Source: Acutalibacteraceae bacterium (GTDB lineage Bacteria > Bacillota > Clostridia > Lachnospirales > Lachnospiraceae). From it: DNA of 59,959 nt. Shown piece after piece: positions 35,839 to 46,095 of the stretch. Within the stretch, counting starts at the first letter, position 1, and every line of letters begins with the position of its first letter. The notes under the pieces are model-generated. The model was not told where the DNA came from. It ran no database searches and worked only from the letters and a program-made list of their open reading frames with translations. The position numbers were made by a program, and so were the translations under genes. The stretch is taken from NCBI GenBank assembly GCA_963595005.1, contig CAVBGP010000001.1, positions 1-59,959 of the forward strand, given 5' to 3'.

Positions 35839-38800
35839 TTAATTCTGATTGTTCATCAGTATCGCATAGGACTGACCTGTCCATGCACCGTCTGCACCCA
35901 CGTAGTATCCGTCAGGTGTGCGGGTTGAGTACAGCATATAGCCTAACGGTCCTCCGTTTACAGTGCTGAAATAATACCACTTGCCGCCGATATAATGCCA
36001 GCCGGTTACCATGTGTCCGAGCATGTTGTCACTAAGCTCCCACAGATAGTACCACTTGCCGTCTGCATCCTTATACCAGCCGGTTACCATATTGCCTTCG
36101 GCATCGAACCTGAACCAGTTATATTGCTCCTGCGTGCCTGTTGCATACGGGTTGTAGATGTAAGCCCACTCAGATGCATAGCTTCTGCCGTTTGCTGTAA
36201 ATGCCCACTTGCCGTTTGCCTGCAGGGTCCAGGTGCCTCTTACAGCTCCTCTCATCGGTGAACCGTAGCTTGCAAGAGCCTCTGAGCCTCTGTTTCTGGC
36301 CCCGGTGTAGCTCCTGTTATCGGTATTATCGCTTCCCTTAACAGTTAATTCGATATCAGTGCTTACTCCAAGCTGCGGATAGTAAACCGTTATGGTGCAC
36401 TTGCCGCCCTTAAGTGCGTGGAGTACTCCGCTCTCATCTACATAGCCTACTGTAGGATCTGATGAGCTGAAGCTTGGATTATCTATAGCCGAATTCCACG
36501 GAATCAGGTCTATAGTAAGCTGCTTCATATCTCCTTGATTAAGAGTGAGCTTATCTATACCGTCATTAACCACGCAGAACACAGGTCTGTTGGGCATGAA
36601 GCTTGGGTATACAGAGTCAAGCACATCATCATCCTCATCATCCTCATTTTCGCACATTGCTGCGACCATAAGGTTAATGTATCCTAGCGAGTCAAAGATA
36701 TCTATTGTTGGCTTAAAGCTAAATTCAATATTCTTAGACTCACCGGACTTAAGCACTCCTATGTACTGCTGCTGAAGCTCCTTATCACTGGTGTTGCGAT
36801 GATCAAAGAGTCTTACGGTGACAGCCTTACTGTCTGCATTACCGATATTGGCAATTGTTGCAGTGACGTTAAGCTTCTCTCCGTCAAAGCTTATGTCCTT
36901 CTCGGTGAATTTAACCTTAGCCTTAACAGGTATCGCAACATAGGTTACAGATTGCTGAGTATAGCCTCCCTCACCTGTAGTTATACGCAGGTAGCATCCT
37001 GTAAGATCTCTGTCAGGAACCTGCCAGTTAGCTGAGATAAATTGCTTTTCTCCGGCCTTGATTATAGCCTCGCTGTCTGTAACTGAGTATACATTTTCCT
37101 TGATAACAGTTTCCTTGTCTGCATCAACGATATCAATGCTGACATCATAGCCTTGCTCTGTATCAAAGAGACCGCTGTTCTCGATATCGAAGCTTACTGT
37201 AGCATCCTGACCCTTCACAAAGCTTGATGAGAAATACTCACTTCCGCTGTCTACTCTGATTGATCCGCCCGGCTCGAAGTAATAGTACATAAGGGTATTG
37301 TTATTGCTTGCTTCGTTAACCGGATTGCCTTCACTATCCTTACCTACCTTGAACAGGTTTGCTACCGCATACATATTCTTGCCTGAATCCATGCACACAT
37401 CAAACTCATCAAGGTAATCATCCGGATTATCGTCATAGGTAATCATCGCAGGCTTGGTGAAACCGCTCTCATCCAGAGTATCAGTATTGCCGCTGTCCTT
37501 AGTATTATCTCCCGAAGGCTGCTTTAATCTCATGCCGTAAAGCTCTGTTCCGATATGAGTAGGATTACCACATGCACTCGTATACAGTACATAGATGTCG
37601 GTACCATCATAAGCCAGCTTATACTCGCCCATGCCGGTTGAGCCGCTGTATTGAGTGATATCTATCACGCTGCGCTGAATATCATCATTTGACAGCTTAC
37701 CAAATGCGAGGCTATTGTACGAATCCTTAGTAAATTCATCAGTTTCATTAATATCTTTTATGATATTACTTAATAACTCTTCTTTCTCTTTCTTAATCTC
37801 CTTTTTCTCTTCAGCATTAAAATTATTACTATCTATATCTGCAAATTCCTCCTGATAGAGATTGGTGTAATAATTCTTAAGCATCTCAGAAATATCCTCG
37901 TACTCAGTCTCATGCCAATTATTGCCGTTACCCAGCCATCCTGTATCAGTGCCGTTCGCGCCTAATAATTTTCTCCATGTACGCGGACTTGTGCTTGCGC
38001 TGAATTCAGCACTTCCTCCGTTTAAGCTGTTCCTAAGTACCTTCAGCAGACTTGTAGTCTCCGCACTTAAGCTAATACTGTTAATGCTAAGCTTTTGGTT
38101 ATTGCTCTTAGCTTCATCCTTCAGCTCTGTCGGGGTTGCCTTAGGCTTTGAATCCCTGCTTAAGTTAGTAGGAGTTTGCTTATCGACCTTAGCTTCTGCT
38201 GAAGCTTTATCTGTACTAAAAGCTTTGTCAGCAGCTACTGAGTCTGTGAGCTTAGTAGTATTGCCTCCTGTATAGAACTCACTTATGCCATTAGTGCCAA
38301 GCAGGGTCTGCAAAGTATTGCTAAGATCTACCAATACAAAGTTATGGCCATCCTCAACCCAGGTCGCATAGAGTCTTCCTCCAAACTTACTAAGCTCCGG
38401 ACTTGTCTGAGATACCTCATTCGTTCTCTTTTGTATCTTACCGCTGCTGTTTACATAGCTTTCCTTGCTGCTCGATATCATTATCGGATAGTATCTCTTC
38501 TTATGCGTAACATCATATACAGCTAAGTAGATATTTCTATCCTCGCTTGTCTTAATATCGCCGTCGGTATCAATCGTATAGATTGCGGCTATGTAATCAA
38601 CATCCTCCTCCTTTTTGCTGTTAAGCTGTGAGCCTGTAGCTGTGTTCTTAAGCTCCTTTAAGGTAAATGTCTGCACCTTATAATCAGTAACAAGCGGATC
38701 TTGTATCGCCTTGCCATCTTCATCATATGCAGTACTTATATAAATAAGCTGCTCCTTTGATACATTTTCACCATCAAGATCACAGGTTACATAAGCCATA

Positions 38801-41800
38801 GAGCTGTAGAGACTGTTAAAGTCAAGAAGCTTAAGCTCATTGCCACTTCCTCCGTCATAGGCCTTAGATACATCTCGCTTAAGATAGGTACAGTATATCT
38901 TATCTCCCTGCATTGAAAGCTTAGGATATACGTTAAAGAATCTCGCATCCTCATCGCTGCTATAGCTTACCGTATCATCCTGCAGGGTGAATGCCTCACC
39001 CATCTTGCCATTCTCGCCCTCATTAAAGTTGAAGAAGGCAGCACTTATATTGAACAGCTTATACTTATCTGTAAAGTCATCGCTCTTAGCTGCCACCTCA
39101 GACAAGCTTGTTCTGGCATCAGCCCAAACAATAAGCACTCTATCATCATCTACCTTAAGCACATCCGGTGTAGTATCAAAGGTTCCGTCATCATATACTG
39201 CTTCCGGTTCTGACCACTTATCACCAAAACCTACAGTATAGTAGAGTGTAGACTCATTGGCATTTTCCCTGGATCTGCCTAAGAATACTATAAGCTGCTT
39301 CTTGTCTCCTAATTGTATAAGCCTTGACCTTGTATGCTCTGCCGCAGGATTAAGCAATATCTTGCTGTTCTTAAGCGTCGGTATGCTTCGAAGCATGGTA
39401 TCGGCATCATCTGAATCATCATAGCTTGCAAAGTTTTGGAAATCATCTGTACCAAGCCCTACGCTTCTGATACGAGCTGCATACTCATATCCTGACTCAT
39501 CGTCATTTGACTCTGCTTCAGACTCATCTAAGGTAAGATACTCAGCTTCATCGTCATATGCAGCAAGGGTCTCATCTGCCTCACTCTGAGAGCTAAGCTT
39601 AGGCTTTGTAGAATTATCTATAATTCCTCCGAGGTAGGATACCTCAGTTTGATTCTCGAATTCTCCAAGTCCAAGCTGTGCTTTTACCAGATCGAATTCT
39701 ATGCTTGTTGCAAGCAAATCAAAGCCTAGACCTACAGCGCACGAGATAAGGAAGCCGTAAGTATGAGGAACCTCATTTTCTTTAGCCCAGGTGCGAAGAT
39801 AGTCTATATCAAGAGTTACGGCACCATACACTCTTGCTCCGAGGCAGCCGTAAACTCCGGCACCCACGGAAAACTTACCCATAAAGATTCCTTCAACACC
39901 TATCTGGAACAGCTTATCCTTAAGCTCAGTAATATTACCGGTATAGTTATTGAAATCACCATCCCTTATCGCATCCTCCATCTCCTCCGGAAATCCTGTA
40001 AATGATAATCCAGCCTGAATAGCACCCGTCAGATTAAGGTAAACAGGAACAGAGCCTACTATCCAATAGATGGTCTTATTAACTGAGACCATACCGCCTA
40101 AGGTTCCTGCTGCAGAAGCCATCAGATAGGTATCCCTCTTAGCGTCATATACAAAGGTAAACGTAAGTGTTATCCAAGCGTCACCTGATATAATCGCATT
40201 CTTAGTAAGAGACGCCTTTCTGTCAGCTGCCTGTATCTGACGTCTGTTTGCCAAAGTACCATCCATTGGATGATCCCTATCGAACTGATCCTCCGGTAAG
40301 CCCTGAGCATATTGTCGTGCAGTTTCCATTGCTGCATCTCTTGCCGCTACCTGTGCGGCAGTATCGCCCGGCATAGCCGCTGCCGCTGCCATCTGCCTGC
40401 CTGCATTTACACGCTTAATGCTTTCAGTATAATCCTTAAATACATCCAGCTTCTGACTCTGCGTAAGCGTACCCATGTTGGACAAATATGCATCAGCATT
40501 GACTGTAAGTACATACATCATATTGTCAGCACTCTTAGTCTTGGTAAATGTGACTGCACCGCTTTTGCCGCTAAGCGCCGGCTTGCCTATAATCGGAAGA
40601 TCCTGATTATATTCAGGTTCATAACCAGCTTCAAAGCTCTTAGGCTTAATAAGCTCATTTTGAACACACATGATAAGGCCTGTATCCATAGTAGGATATA
40701 CTACAGGAAGCTTGATATCTGAGCCTACCTGCTTAACTTCCTTATCCACAATATATGCATAGATACGGTCTCCGTTACGGAACTTCTCCAGCATCTTATC
40801 TATCTTTGCTTCAAATACACTGTTGCTTATGCTTCCATCATCATTAACCTTAGGTGCTGCCTCATAGGTTGCTGCCAGGCCTCCTGATGCTGTGTACACT
40901 AAGAATACAACCTTATCAATCTGTCTGCCGTTAGGATTGATAGCTGCCGTTAGTGTAAAGGTATCATCAAAGCAATTGACTGTATTGTCCCTGTGGTCAA
41001 CCTTCTGACTGTTGAGCGGATCGTCATATTCGTAATCAACAGATACAAAATATGGTGCTGTTATCGGATAGGTTACAACAAGCTGACCCAGATTGTATGC
41101 TCCGTTAGAGAGTTCGCCCAGTATAACCTCATTTACCTGAGTGTCATTAATGCCGTTATCTATAGCAACAGTTATCCTGTCACCGACTGCACCCTTAACT
41201 CCTGTAAGGCTAAGACCGGCTGTAGACGGAACAACTCCGCTCACGGTAGACACGTAGGAAATAAGCTTTCCTGTCTTGCTGTCCTTAATTGCAGCCTGAG
41301 GTCCTCCTGTAAATGCAGTGTAGCCCACCATAGGTATATTACGATAACCTAACGCACTTGATCTGATGGTTCCGGCCTTCATTAATATCTGTCCGTTAAG
41401 AGTAAAGTCGATTATCCTTTCCTTAGGCATCTCCTCAGTGCCTATCATATAGCGGTTATCTGACTTATTCTTCTTGGCAATAAGATAGTGCTTGTTGGTG
41501 TTATAGGTCTTATCTAAAAGGATATCCGTTACCGTAGGTCTGGTAATATTATCCGATGAGCTTGCTGTGGAGTCGTCTACCAATATATCAATTGAGTAGC
41601 ACTTACCAGGCTCCGGTCTCATTCTCTCATACGGATCCTTAGCCTCTGGATTGATATCAAGGAAATATCTGCCCTGAAGCTCAGGATAATCTTCAAATGC
41701 CGACTGAGGTATAACATTGTCAACATGAACCTTATCTAAGCTGTTTCTGCTGTAGGTAAGCTCTATGCAGTTGTCATTTTCCTGAATGCAAGGTCTGATG

Positions 41801-44661
41801 ATGTAGCCCCTGACATTGCCCGGGAGCAGTACAAGCTCGTTTTTATTTCTTATGGTATTGAAGCTGTGACCTCCGTCAGTAGAAACCTCATATCCCATAA
41901 CAGTATATCGACTTGATTTGGACTCAATTGAAAGATCAAGTCGGTCTCCTGCATGGTAAACAAGCTCACTGCCTTCCTTGAGCTCCTTATTCTTAAAGCT
42001 TACCCCACTGTTTGTTACAGGCTTGCCTCCGTCAAGAACCGGTGCCGTCACCTTGACCTTGGTATCAATATATTCAACTATAGGCGTAAATACCAGGTTC
42101 TGATAATAGCCCTGAGATGAAAGGCATTTTATATCGTTAATAACATCAATGCCGTTATCAGACTGCACAGTATCTATCCAGTCGATAAAATACTTATCAA
42201 GTGATACTGTAGCTATATCCTCAAGCTTCTTAAGCTCCTTATTCTTGCCGTCAACCGAATAATCCATAAGATCGGTTGTTGTTCTGCTGCTGTTATTGAG
42301 AAAGCTTATGAAGTCCTCAGGATATCTTACTGTGCAGGTATTCTTGCCGTTGCCAAGCTTAATCGTATAGCCCTTAAGCTCACAGAACACATCATCCTGT
42401 CCGTTTACTGTATTCTTCTTAAGCTTAAATACTAGGTTGGACTTGTCCTCATCCTCATTGACATAGACCATCTTAGCCTGCTTTTCGTACAGCTGATCCG
42501 CACCACATGCTACCTCAGTCTGAACCGGCACCGCATCAATAGTAGTGTCATAGGACTTAAACTGCATGGACTGAGGATTATTGATAGTAACATTGTACAT
42601 CTTGTACAATGCAGCGAATCCATAATATTCAACGTATGACTTTGGTGTATGCCAATCATCGTCAACAGCCTTGGCAAATGGATATATGTAGTCATAGTTA
42701 TTAAGCTCTGAGGTACCCTTGCCCTTCTTAATCCTAAGTGCAAGATCATCCTGCAGAGACTTATTAAACCATCCGCTATGTCGTCTGCCGTTAACATCCT
42801 TGCCGCCGTCACCCTTGAATACAAAGTCTGTCTTCTGACCTCCGCCAAAGCTTGAGGTAGATGCCATATTGGGGATGATAAACTGATACAGCGGTGCTGT
42901 AACTATGCTTTTGCCGTTTGATATAGCATTATATACCGTGCCCTTGCGCCACATAATGGTATGGTAATACTTCAGGTTGCCGTGAGCACTATCCCATGCA
43001 CCATTACTATCATTCTGCGGTGTATAGCTCTCCTCTAAGGTTCCGCCGCCCCATGGTTTGTCACCGGTACTTCTGAGCGTATAGTCATACATACCGCCGT
43101 AAGCCTCAGAGGTTGAGAAGTAATACTCTCCTACCTCAAGCGCCGGTGAATAGGTATTATCATAGATTTTGCCCTTGACAGGTCCTGATACTATCTTGCC
43201 GTCTGTTTTCTTGGCCTTTTCGTACTGAACCTCATAGCTCTTACTATTAATTGAGATATCAAAGGAGAGTGTATTGCTGCTGTCACTTGATTCGTCATCT
43301 CCGTCATCACTAAGCAGCATTATGTCTGACTCATCCTCTGACTCTTCATTATCTTCAGCCACGCTTAATACAGAGAGTCCTCCCTTAGATAAATCTCTCT
43401 CTGCTCCGGTTATGTGTGCTGTTGTTGTTTCACCCTCGTCAGCCGCTTTAAGATTAGTAAGCTCTAATGCAACCTCATGGTCAACATTAAGCTTAACCAC
43501 CTTCTCTGTCTCATACGGCAGGAAGGCTACCTGTCCTAATGCAGTCTCCTCGTTTGTGCTTAAATCATAGGCATAGAGATCGGCAGTAGCCATAGCATTA
43601 GCAAGGCCATCCCTCTTAACTATGATTTCTGCAACATTTCCGGAAGCATCATAGCTGTCCTTATCAAAGGATATGGTCGGGTTAACAGCATCCTCGTCAT
43701 CCTCTATGGTTACAGAGGTTGAAGTGACCTTATAAGACTCAACATTCTTGGTGTCTACTATATAGAGTGAGAACATCCTGTTGCCGTCTGACTCTGAGTT
43801 ATCATATATACGAAACTTAAGCCATGCGGTGTCCTCATCCTTGTCAAAGCTTATAACCTGCTCGCAGGCATAGGGAAGCTCTTGGATATACTCCGGCATA
43901 ATAGCTCCGAGTATCTGGTCTGTGAGATCTGCATCAACATACTCTGTATCCGCAGTCTCTCTGGTCGGCTGTCCTGTCTGCTGCTCCTTGATACGGGCAA
44001 GCGGACTCTTGTCGCTGTCCTCATCCTCGCTGTCAGAGTTATCATTATCCGACTCTGCAGTAGAGATAAGTTCTGCTTCGACTGCCTCTGACGGAGTTGC
44101 CTTAGATTTAAGCTTATTATATAGCTCTATGCCATCTGCTATTTCCTTGTTGTCTAAGGTATATGAATCGGTCTGTGTCAGATCAGTAAGAGTATATTGT
44201 GACTGATCGTTAAGCTCACTTGGAGATGCTACGTCAATCGTACCCTCATAATGTCTGATTGTCGAATCAGTATCCACGGAAGCATTGCCTGCAAGAGAGG
44301 GATCTGCAACAAGCTGCATAATATTGGCACTTGTTAAGCCTACACTCTTTTTGCTTCCTACAAGCGTATAATCCTTATTGTACTCGGCAGTAAGACTTAT
44401 GGCACGGATGGTCACAGATGCCTTCTTGTCAATATCACCGGTACGATATATGGGCAGGCTGAATACACCGTCACCCTCGCTTATATTGACGCTTGAGGTA
44501 CCAAGATATACATAATTGCCATCCTCCGGAACATCCTCGAGCTGCTGTCCGCTTATCTCCTTTTCCTCCGGCATATTGTCTGCAAGAACCTGCATAGGCT
44601 CTGCAAGCACCATTCCGGATATAAGCAGCCATGATAATGCTCTCTTAATCAGTTTCTTCAT
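35839..44661 (-). CDS. Giant secreted cell-wall-bound surface protein (2940 aa): Calx-beta-like modules, central Gly/hydrophobic beta-rich segment, Big_2 domain, CW_binding_1 repeats
   Basis: Signal peptide MKKLIKRALSWLLISGMVLAEPMQVLA. Calx-beta-like VNISEGDGVFSLPIYRTGDIDKKASVTIRAISLTAEYNKDY. Big_2-like SSSDPTVGYVDESGVLHALKGGKCTITV. C-terminal GW..GKWYYF repeats. Start at 44661 (GAGG 9 nt upstream). Confidence 0.7.
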   Translation of the reverse strand: MKKLIKRALSWLLISGMVLAEPMQVLADNMPEEKEISGQQLEDVPEDGNYVYLGTSSVNISEGDGVFSLPIYRTGDIDKKASVTIRAISLTAEYNKDYTLVGSKKSVGLTSANIMQLVADPSLAGNASVDTDSTIRHYEGTIDVASPSELNDQSQYTLTDLTQTDSYTLDNKEIADGIELYNKLKSKATPSEAVEAELISTAESDNDNSDSEDEDSDKSPLARIKEQQTGQPTRETADTEYVDADLTDQILGAIMPEYIQELPYACEQVISFDKDEDTAWLKFRIYDNSESDGNRMFSLYIVDTKNVESYKVTSTSVTIEDDEDAVNPTISFDKDSYDASGNVAEIIVKRDGLANAMATADLYAYDLSTNEETALGQVAFLPYETEKVVKLNVDHEVALELTNLKAADEGETTTAHITGAERDLSKGGLSVLSVAEDNEESEDESDIMLLSDDGDDESSDSSNTLSFDISINSKSYEVQYEKAKKTDGKIVSGPVKGKIYDNTYSPALEVGEYYFSTSEAYGGMYDYTLRSTGDKPWGGGTLEESYTPQNDSNGAWDSAHGNLKYYHTIMWRKGTVYNAISNGKSIVTAPLYQFIIPNMASTSSFGGGQKTDFVFKGDGGKDVNGRRHSGWFNKSLQDDLALRIKKGKGTSELNNYDYIYPFAKAVDDDWHTPKSYVEYYGFAALYKMYNVTINNPQSMQFKSYDTTIDAVPVQTEVACGADQLYEKQAKMVYVNEDEDKSNLVFKLKKNTVNGQDDVFCELKGYTIKLGNGKNTCTVRYPEDFISFLNNSSRTTTDLMDYSVDGKNKELKKLEDIATVSLDKYFIDWIDTVQSDNGIDVINDIKCLSSQGYYQNLVFTPIVEYIDTKVKVTAPVLDGGKPVTNSGVSFKNKELKEGSELVYHAGDRLDLSIESKSSRYTVMGYEVSTDGGHSFNTIRNKNELVLLPGNVRGYIIRPCIQENDNCIELTYSRNSLDKVHVDNVIPQSAFEDYPELQGRYFLDINPEAKDPYERMRPEPGKCYSIDILVDDSTASSSDNITRPTVTDILLDKTYNTNKHYLIAKKNKSDNRYMIGTEEMPKERIIDFTLNGQILMKAGTIRSSALGYRNIPMVGYTAFTGGPQAAIKDSKTGKLISYVSTVSGVVPSTAGLSLTGVKGAVGDRITVAIDNGINDTQVNEVILGELSNGAYNLGQLVVTYPITAPYFVSVDYEYDDPLNSQKVDHRDNTVNCFDDTFTLTAAINPNGRQIDKVVFLVYTASGGLAATYEAAPKVNDDGSISNSVFEAKIDKMLEKFRNGDRIYAYIVDKEVKQVGSDIKLPVVYPTMDTGLIMCVQNELIKPKSFEAGYEPEYNQDLPIIGKPALSGKSGAVTFTKTKSADNMMYVLTVNADAYLSNMGTLTQSQKLDVFKDYTESIKRVNAGRQMAAAAAMPGDTAAQVAARDAAMETARQYAQGLPEDQFDRDHPMDGTLANRRQIQAADRKASLTKNAIISGDAWITLTFTFVYDAKRDTYLMASAAGTLGGMVSVNKTIYWIVGSVPVYLNLTGAIQAGLSFTGFPEEMEDAIRDGDFNNYTGNITELKDKLFQIGVEGIFMGKFSVGAGVYGCLGARVYGAVTLDIDYLRTWAKENEVPHTYGFLISCAVGLGFDLLATSIEFDLVKAQLGLGEFENQTEVSYLGGIIDNSTKPKLSSQSEADETLAAYDDEAEYLTLDESEAESNDDESGYEYAARIRSVGLGTDDFQNFASYDDSDDADTMLRSIPTLKNSKILLNPAAEHTRSRLIQLGDKKQLIVFLGRSRENANESTLYYTVGFGDKWSEPEAVYDDGTFDTTPDVLKVDDDRVLIVWADARTSLSEVAAKSDDFTDKYKLFNISAAFFNFNEGENGKMGEAFTLQDDTVSYSSDEDARFFNVYPKLSMQGDKIYCTYLKRDVSKAYDGGSGNELKLLDFNSLYSSMAYVTCDLDGENVSKEQLIYISTAYDEDGKAIQDPLVTDYKVQTFTLKELKNTATGSQLNSKKEEDVDYIAAIYTIDTDGDIKTSEDRNIYLAVYDVTHKKRYYPIMISSSKESYVNSSGKIQKRTNEVSQTSPELSKFGGRLYATWVEDGHNFVLVDLSNTLQTLLGTNGISEFYTGGNTTKLTDSVAADKAFSTDKASAEAKVDKQTPTNLSRDSKPKATPTELKDEAKSNNQKLSINSISLSAETTSLLKVLRNSLNGGSAEFSASTSPRTWRKLLGANGTDTGWLGNGNNWHETEYEDISEMLKNYYTNLYQEEFADIDSNNFNAEEKKEIKKEKEELLSNIIKDINETDEFTKDSYNSLAFGKLSNDDIQRSVIDITQYSGSTGMGEYKLAYDGTDIYVLYTSACGNPTHIGTELYGMRLKQPSGDNTKDSGNTDTLDESGFTKPAMITYDDNPDDYLDEFDVCMDSGKNMYAVANLFKVGKDSEGNPVNEASNNNTLMYYYFEPGGSIRVDSGSEYFSSSFVKGQDATVSFDIENSGLFDTEQGYDVSIDIVDADKETVIKENVYSVTDSEAIIKAGEKQFISANWQVPDRDLTGCYLRITTGEGGYTQQSVTYVAIPVKAKVKFTEKDISFDGEKLNVTATIANIGNADSKAVTVRLFDHRNTSDKELQQQYIGVLKSGESKNIEFSFKPTIDIFDSLGYINLMVAAMCENEDDEDDDVLDSVYPSFMPNRPVFCVVNDGIDKLTLNQGDMKQLTIDLIPWNSAIDNPSFSSSDPTVGYVDESGVLHALKGGKCTITVYYPQLGVSTDIELTVKGSDNTDNRSYTGARNRGSEALASYGSPMRGAVRGTWTLQANGKWAFTANGRSYASEWAYIYNPYATGTQEQYNWFRFDAEGNMVTGWYKDADGKWYYLWELSDNMLGHMVTGWHYIGGKWYYFSTVNGGPLGYMLYSTRTPDGYYVGADGAWTGQSYAILMNNQN
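35842..36249 (-). repeat. Coding cell-wall-binding (CW_binding_1-type) repeats at the C-terminus of the giant protein
   Basis: TGWYKDADGKWYYL, TGWHYIGGKWYYF and degenerate flanking units. Confidence 0.7.
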
Positions 44662-46069
44662 GCGCATTTTCCTCGTTCAGCAAAATAACATTGGTGGCTT
44701 CTGCAAGGTCTGCCGCATTAATATCGGCAGGCTCATTAAATCGTCCGTCTGTTCCGTCGGCTCCGGTATGCAGCAGCACTGTCCTGCAGCCTGCACGCTT
44801 ACCGCATTCAACATCAGAGGTTTTATCTCCTATCATCCAAGAGGCAGCCGTATCTATATTAAGCTCCCGAGCTGCTTCAAGTATCATGCCCGGAGCCCCT
44901 TTTCGGCAGCGGCATTTGAATTTAAGAGCCTTAAGCTCCCCCTCAAAGCCGGAGTGCGGATGATGCGGACAATAATATACAGCGTCTATATATGCGCCTT
45001 CTCTGCCAAGCAGGGTATCAAGCTTTTTCTGTATCTCATCAAGACCCTCAAAGCTGCATTCTCCCCTGGCAATAACCGGCTGATTTGTTATAAGCACTGC
45101 AAGGTACTCCGAGGCATTAATACTTCTTATTGCCTCAGCTGCTCCTGGCAGCAGCTCTAATTCTTCCGGATTATTGAGAAAGCCCTTTTCAACATTAATA
45201 GTACCATCTCTGTCTAAAAAAATACAGCGTTGTCTGTTGCTCAGATTACGATTCTCTGCAGCTCCTGTGCGTACAGCCTCGGAGACCTCGTTATAGCGCT
45301 CCGGTGTACCCATATCCTTGACATATTCTGTTGAGCGATATGCATAAACCTTATCCTCAGATATAAGCGGTCTGATTATATCCTTATCCAAGTCAATCTT
45401 CTCTATAGGCTCAGCTACAAGAGCTGCTGCTTTAGACGAAAGCGCATATATGCCTGCATTTACCTGATTATGGTAATAATAATCATCAGGTCTCTCTGCC
45501 TTCTTACTGATAACTCCGATAACAGGCTTGCTCATTGCATGAGCGGACTTCGTATATAATGCCGCTTTAGCCGTAGCATCAATACCGCACTTATCCTCGG
45601 TAAAGTCCTCTAGTCTTCCGACCTCGTCCGTCACAATTATATCTGAATCAAAGGGGTGAGAATTAGGATGTACAAAGAGAGTTGCATAGGCTCCTGATGC
45701 CTTGTGAGCCTCCATGAAGCGCTTAAAATCGACAGAAAGCATGAGGTCTCCCATGATTAGGAGAAAGTCATCATCCAAAAGACCGTCACGATAGAGATAA
45801 TACAGGGCACCGGCTGTGCCCATAGGGCTGTCCTCGTTAAAGTAGCTTATCCTGACGCCAAAGCTGCTGCCGTCACCAAAATAAGCTCTTACGGCTTCAC
45901 TAAGATATCCTGTAACAAGTATGATATCTGTGATGCCGCAATGAAGCAGATTCTCTATCTGATATTGCAATACAGGCTTATCCAGTACCGGTATCATAGG
46001 CTTTGGGATATCAGAAGCAACGCTCCTTATCCTTGTTCCCTTGCCCCCTGCCATTATGACTGCCTTCAC
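44645..46069 (-). CDS. Fusion protein: sugar-1-phosphate nucleotidyltransferase (HddC/GMP-like) + HAD-IIIA GmhB-like phosphatase
   Basis: N-terminal MKAVIMAGGKGTRI...KPMIPV. C-terminal FLDRDGTIN (HAD motif I) and YYCPHHP...CRCRKGAPGM (GmhB Zn-site pattern). GTG start with SD GGAGGAG. The stop overlaps the giant gene start by 17 nt. Confidence 0.7.
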   Translation of the reverse strand: MKAVIMAGGKGTRIRSVASDIPKPMIPVLDKPVLQYQIENLLHCGITDIILVTGYLSEAVRAYFGDGSSFGVRISYFNEDSPMGTAGALYYLYRDGLLDDDFLLIMGDLMLSVDFKRFMEAHKASGAYATLFVHPNSHPFDSDIIVTDEVGRLEDFTEDKCGIDATAKAALYTKSAHAMSKPVIGVISKKAERPDDYYYHNQVNAGIYALSSKAAALVAEPIEKIDLDKDIIRPLISEDKVYAYRSTEYVKDMGTPERYNEVSEAVRTGAAENRNLSNRQRCIFLDRDGTINVEKGFLNNPEELELLPGAAEAIRSINASEYLAVLITNQPVIARGECSFEGLDEIQKKLDTLLGREGAYIDAVYYCPHHPHSGFEGELKALKFKCRCRKGAPGMILEAARELNIDTAASWMIGDKTSDVECGKRAGCRTVLLHTGADGTDGRFNEPADINAADLAEATNVILLNEENAHEETD

Positions 46070-46095
46070 TTATTTCTCCTCCTTCATACTCTTAA

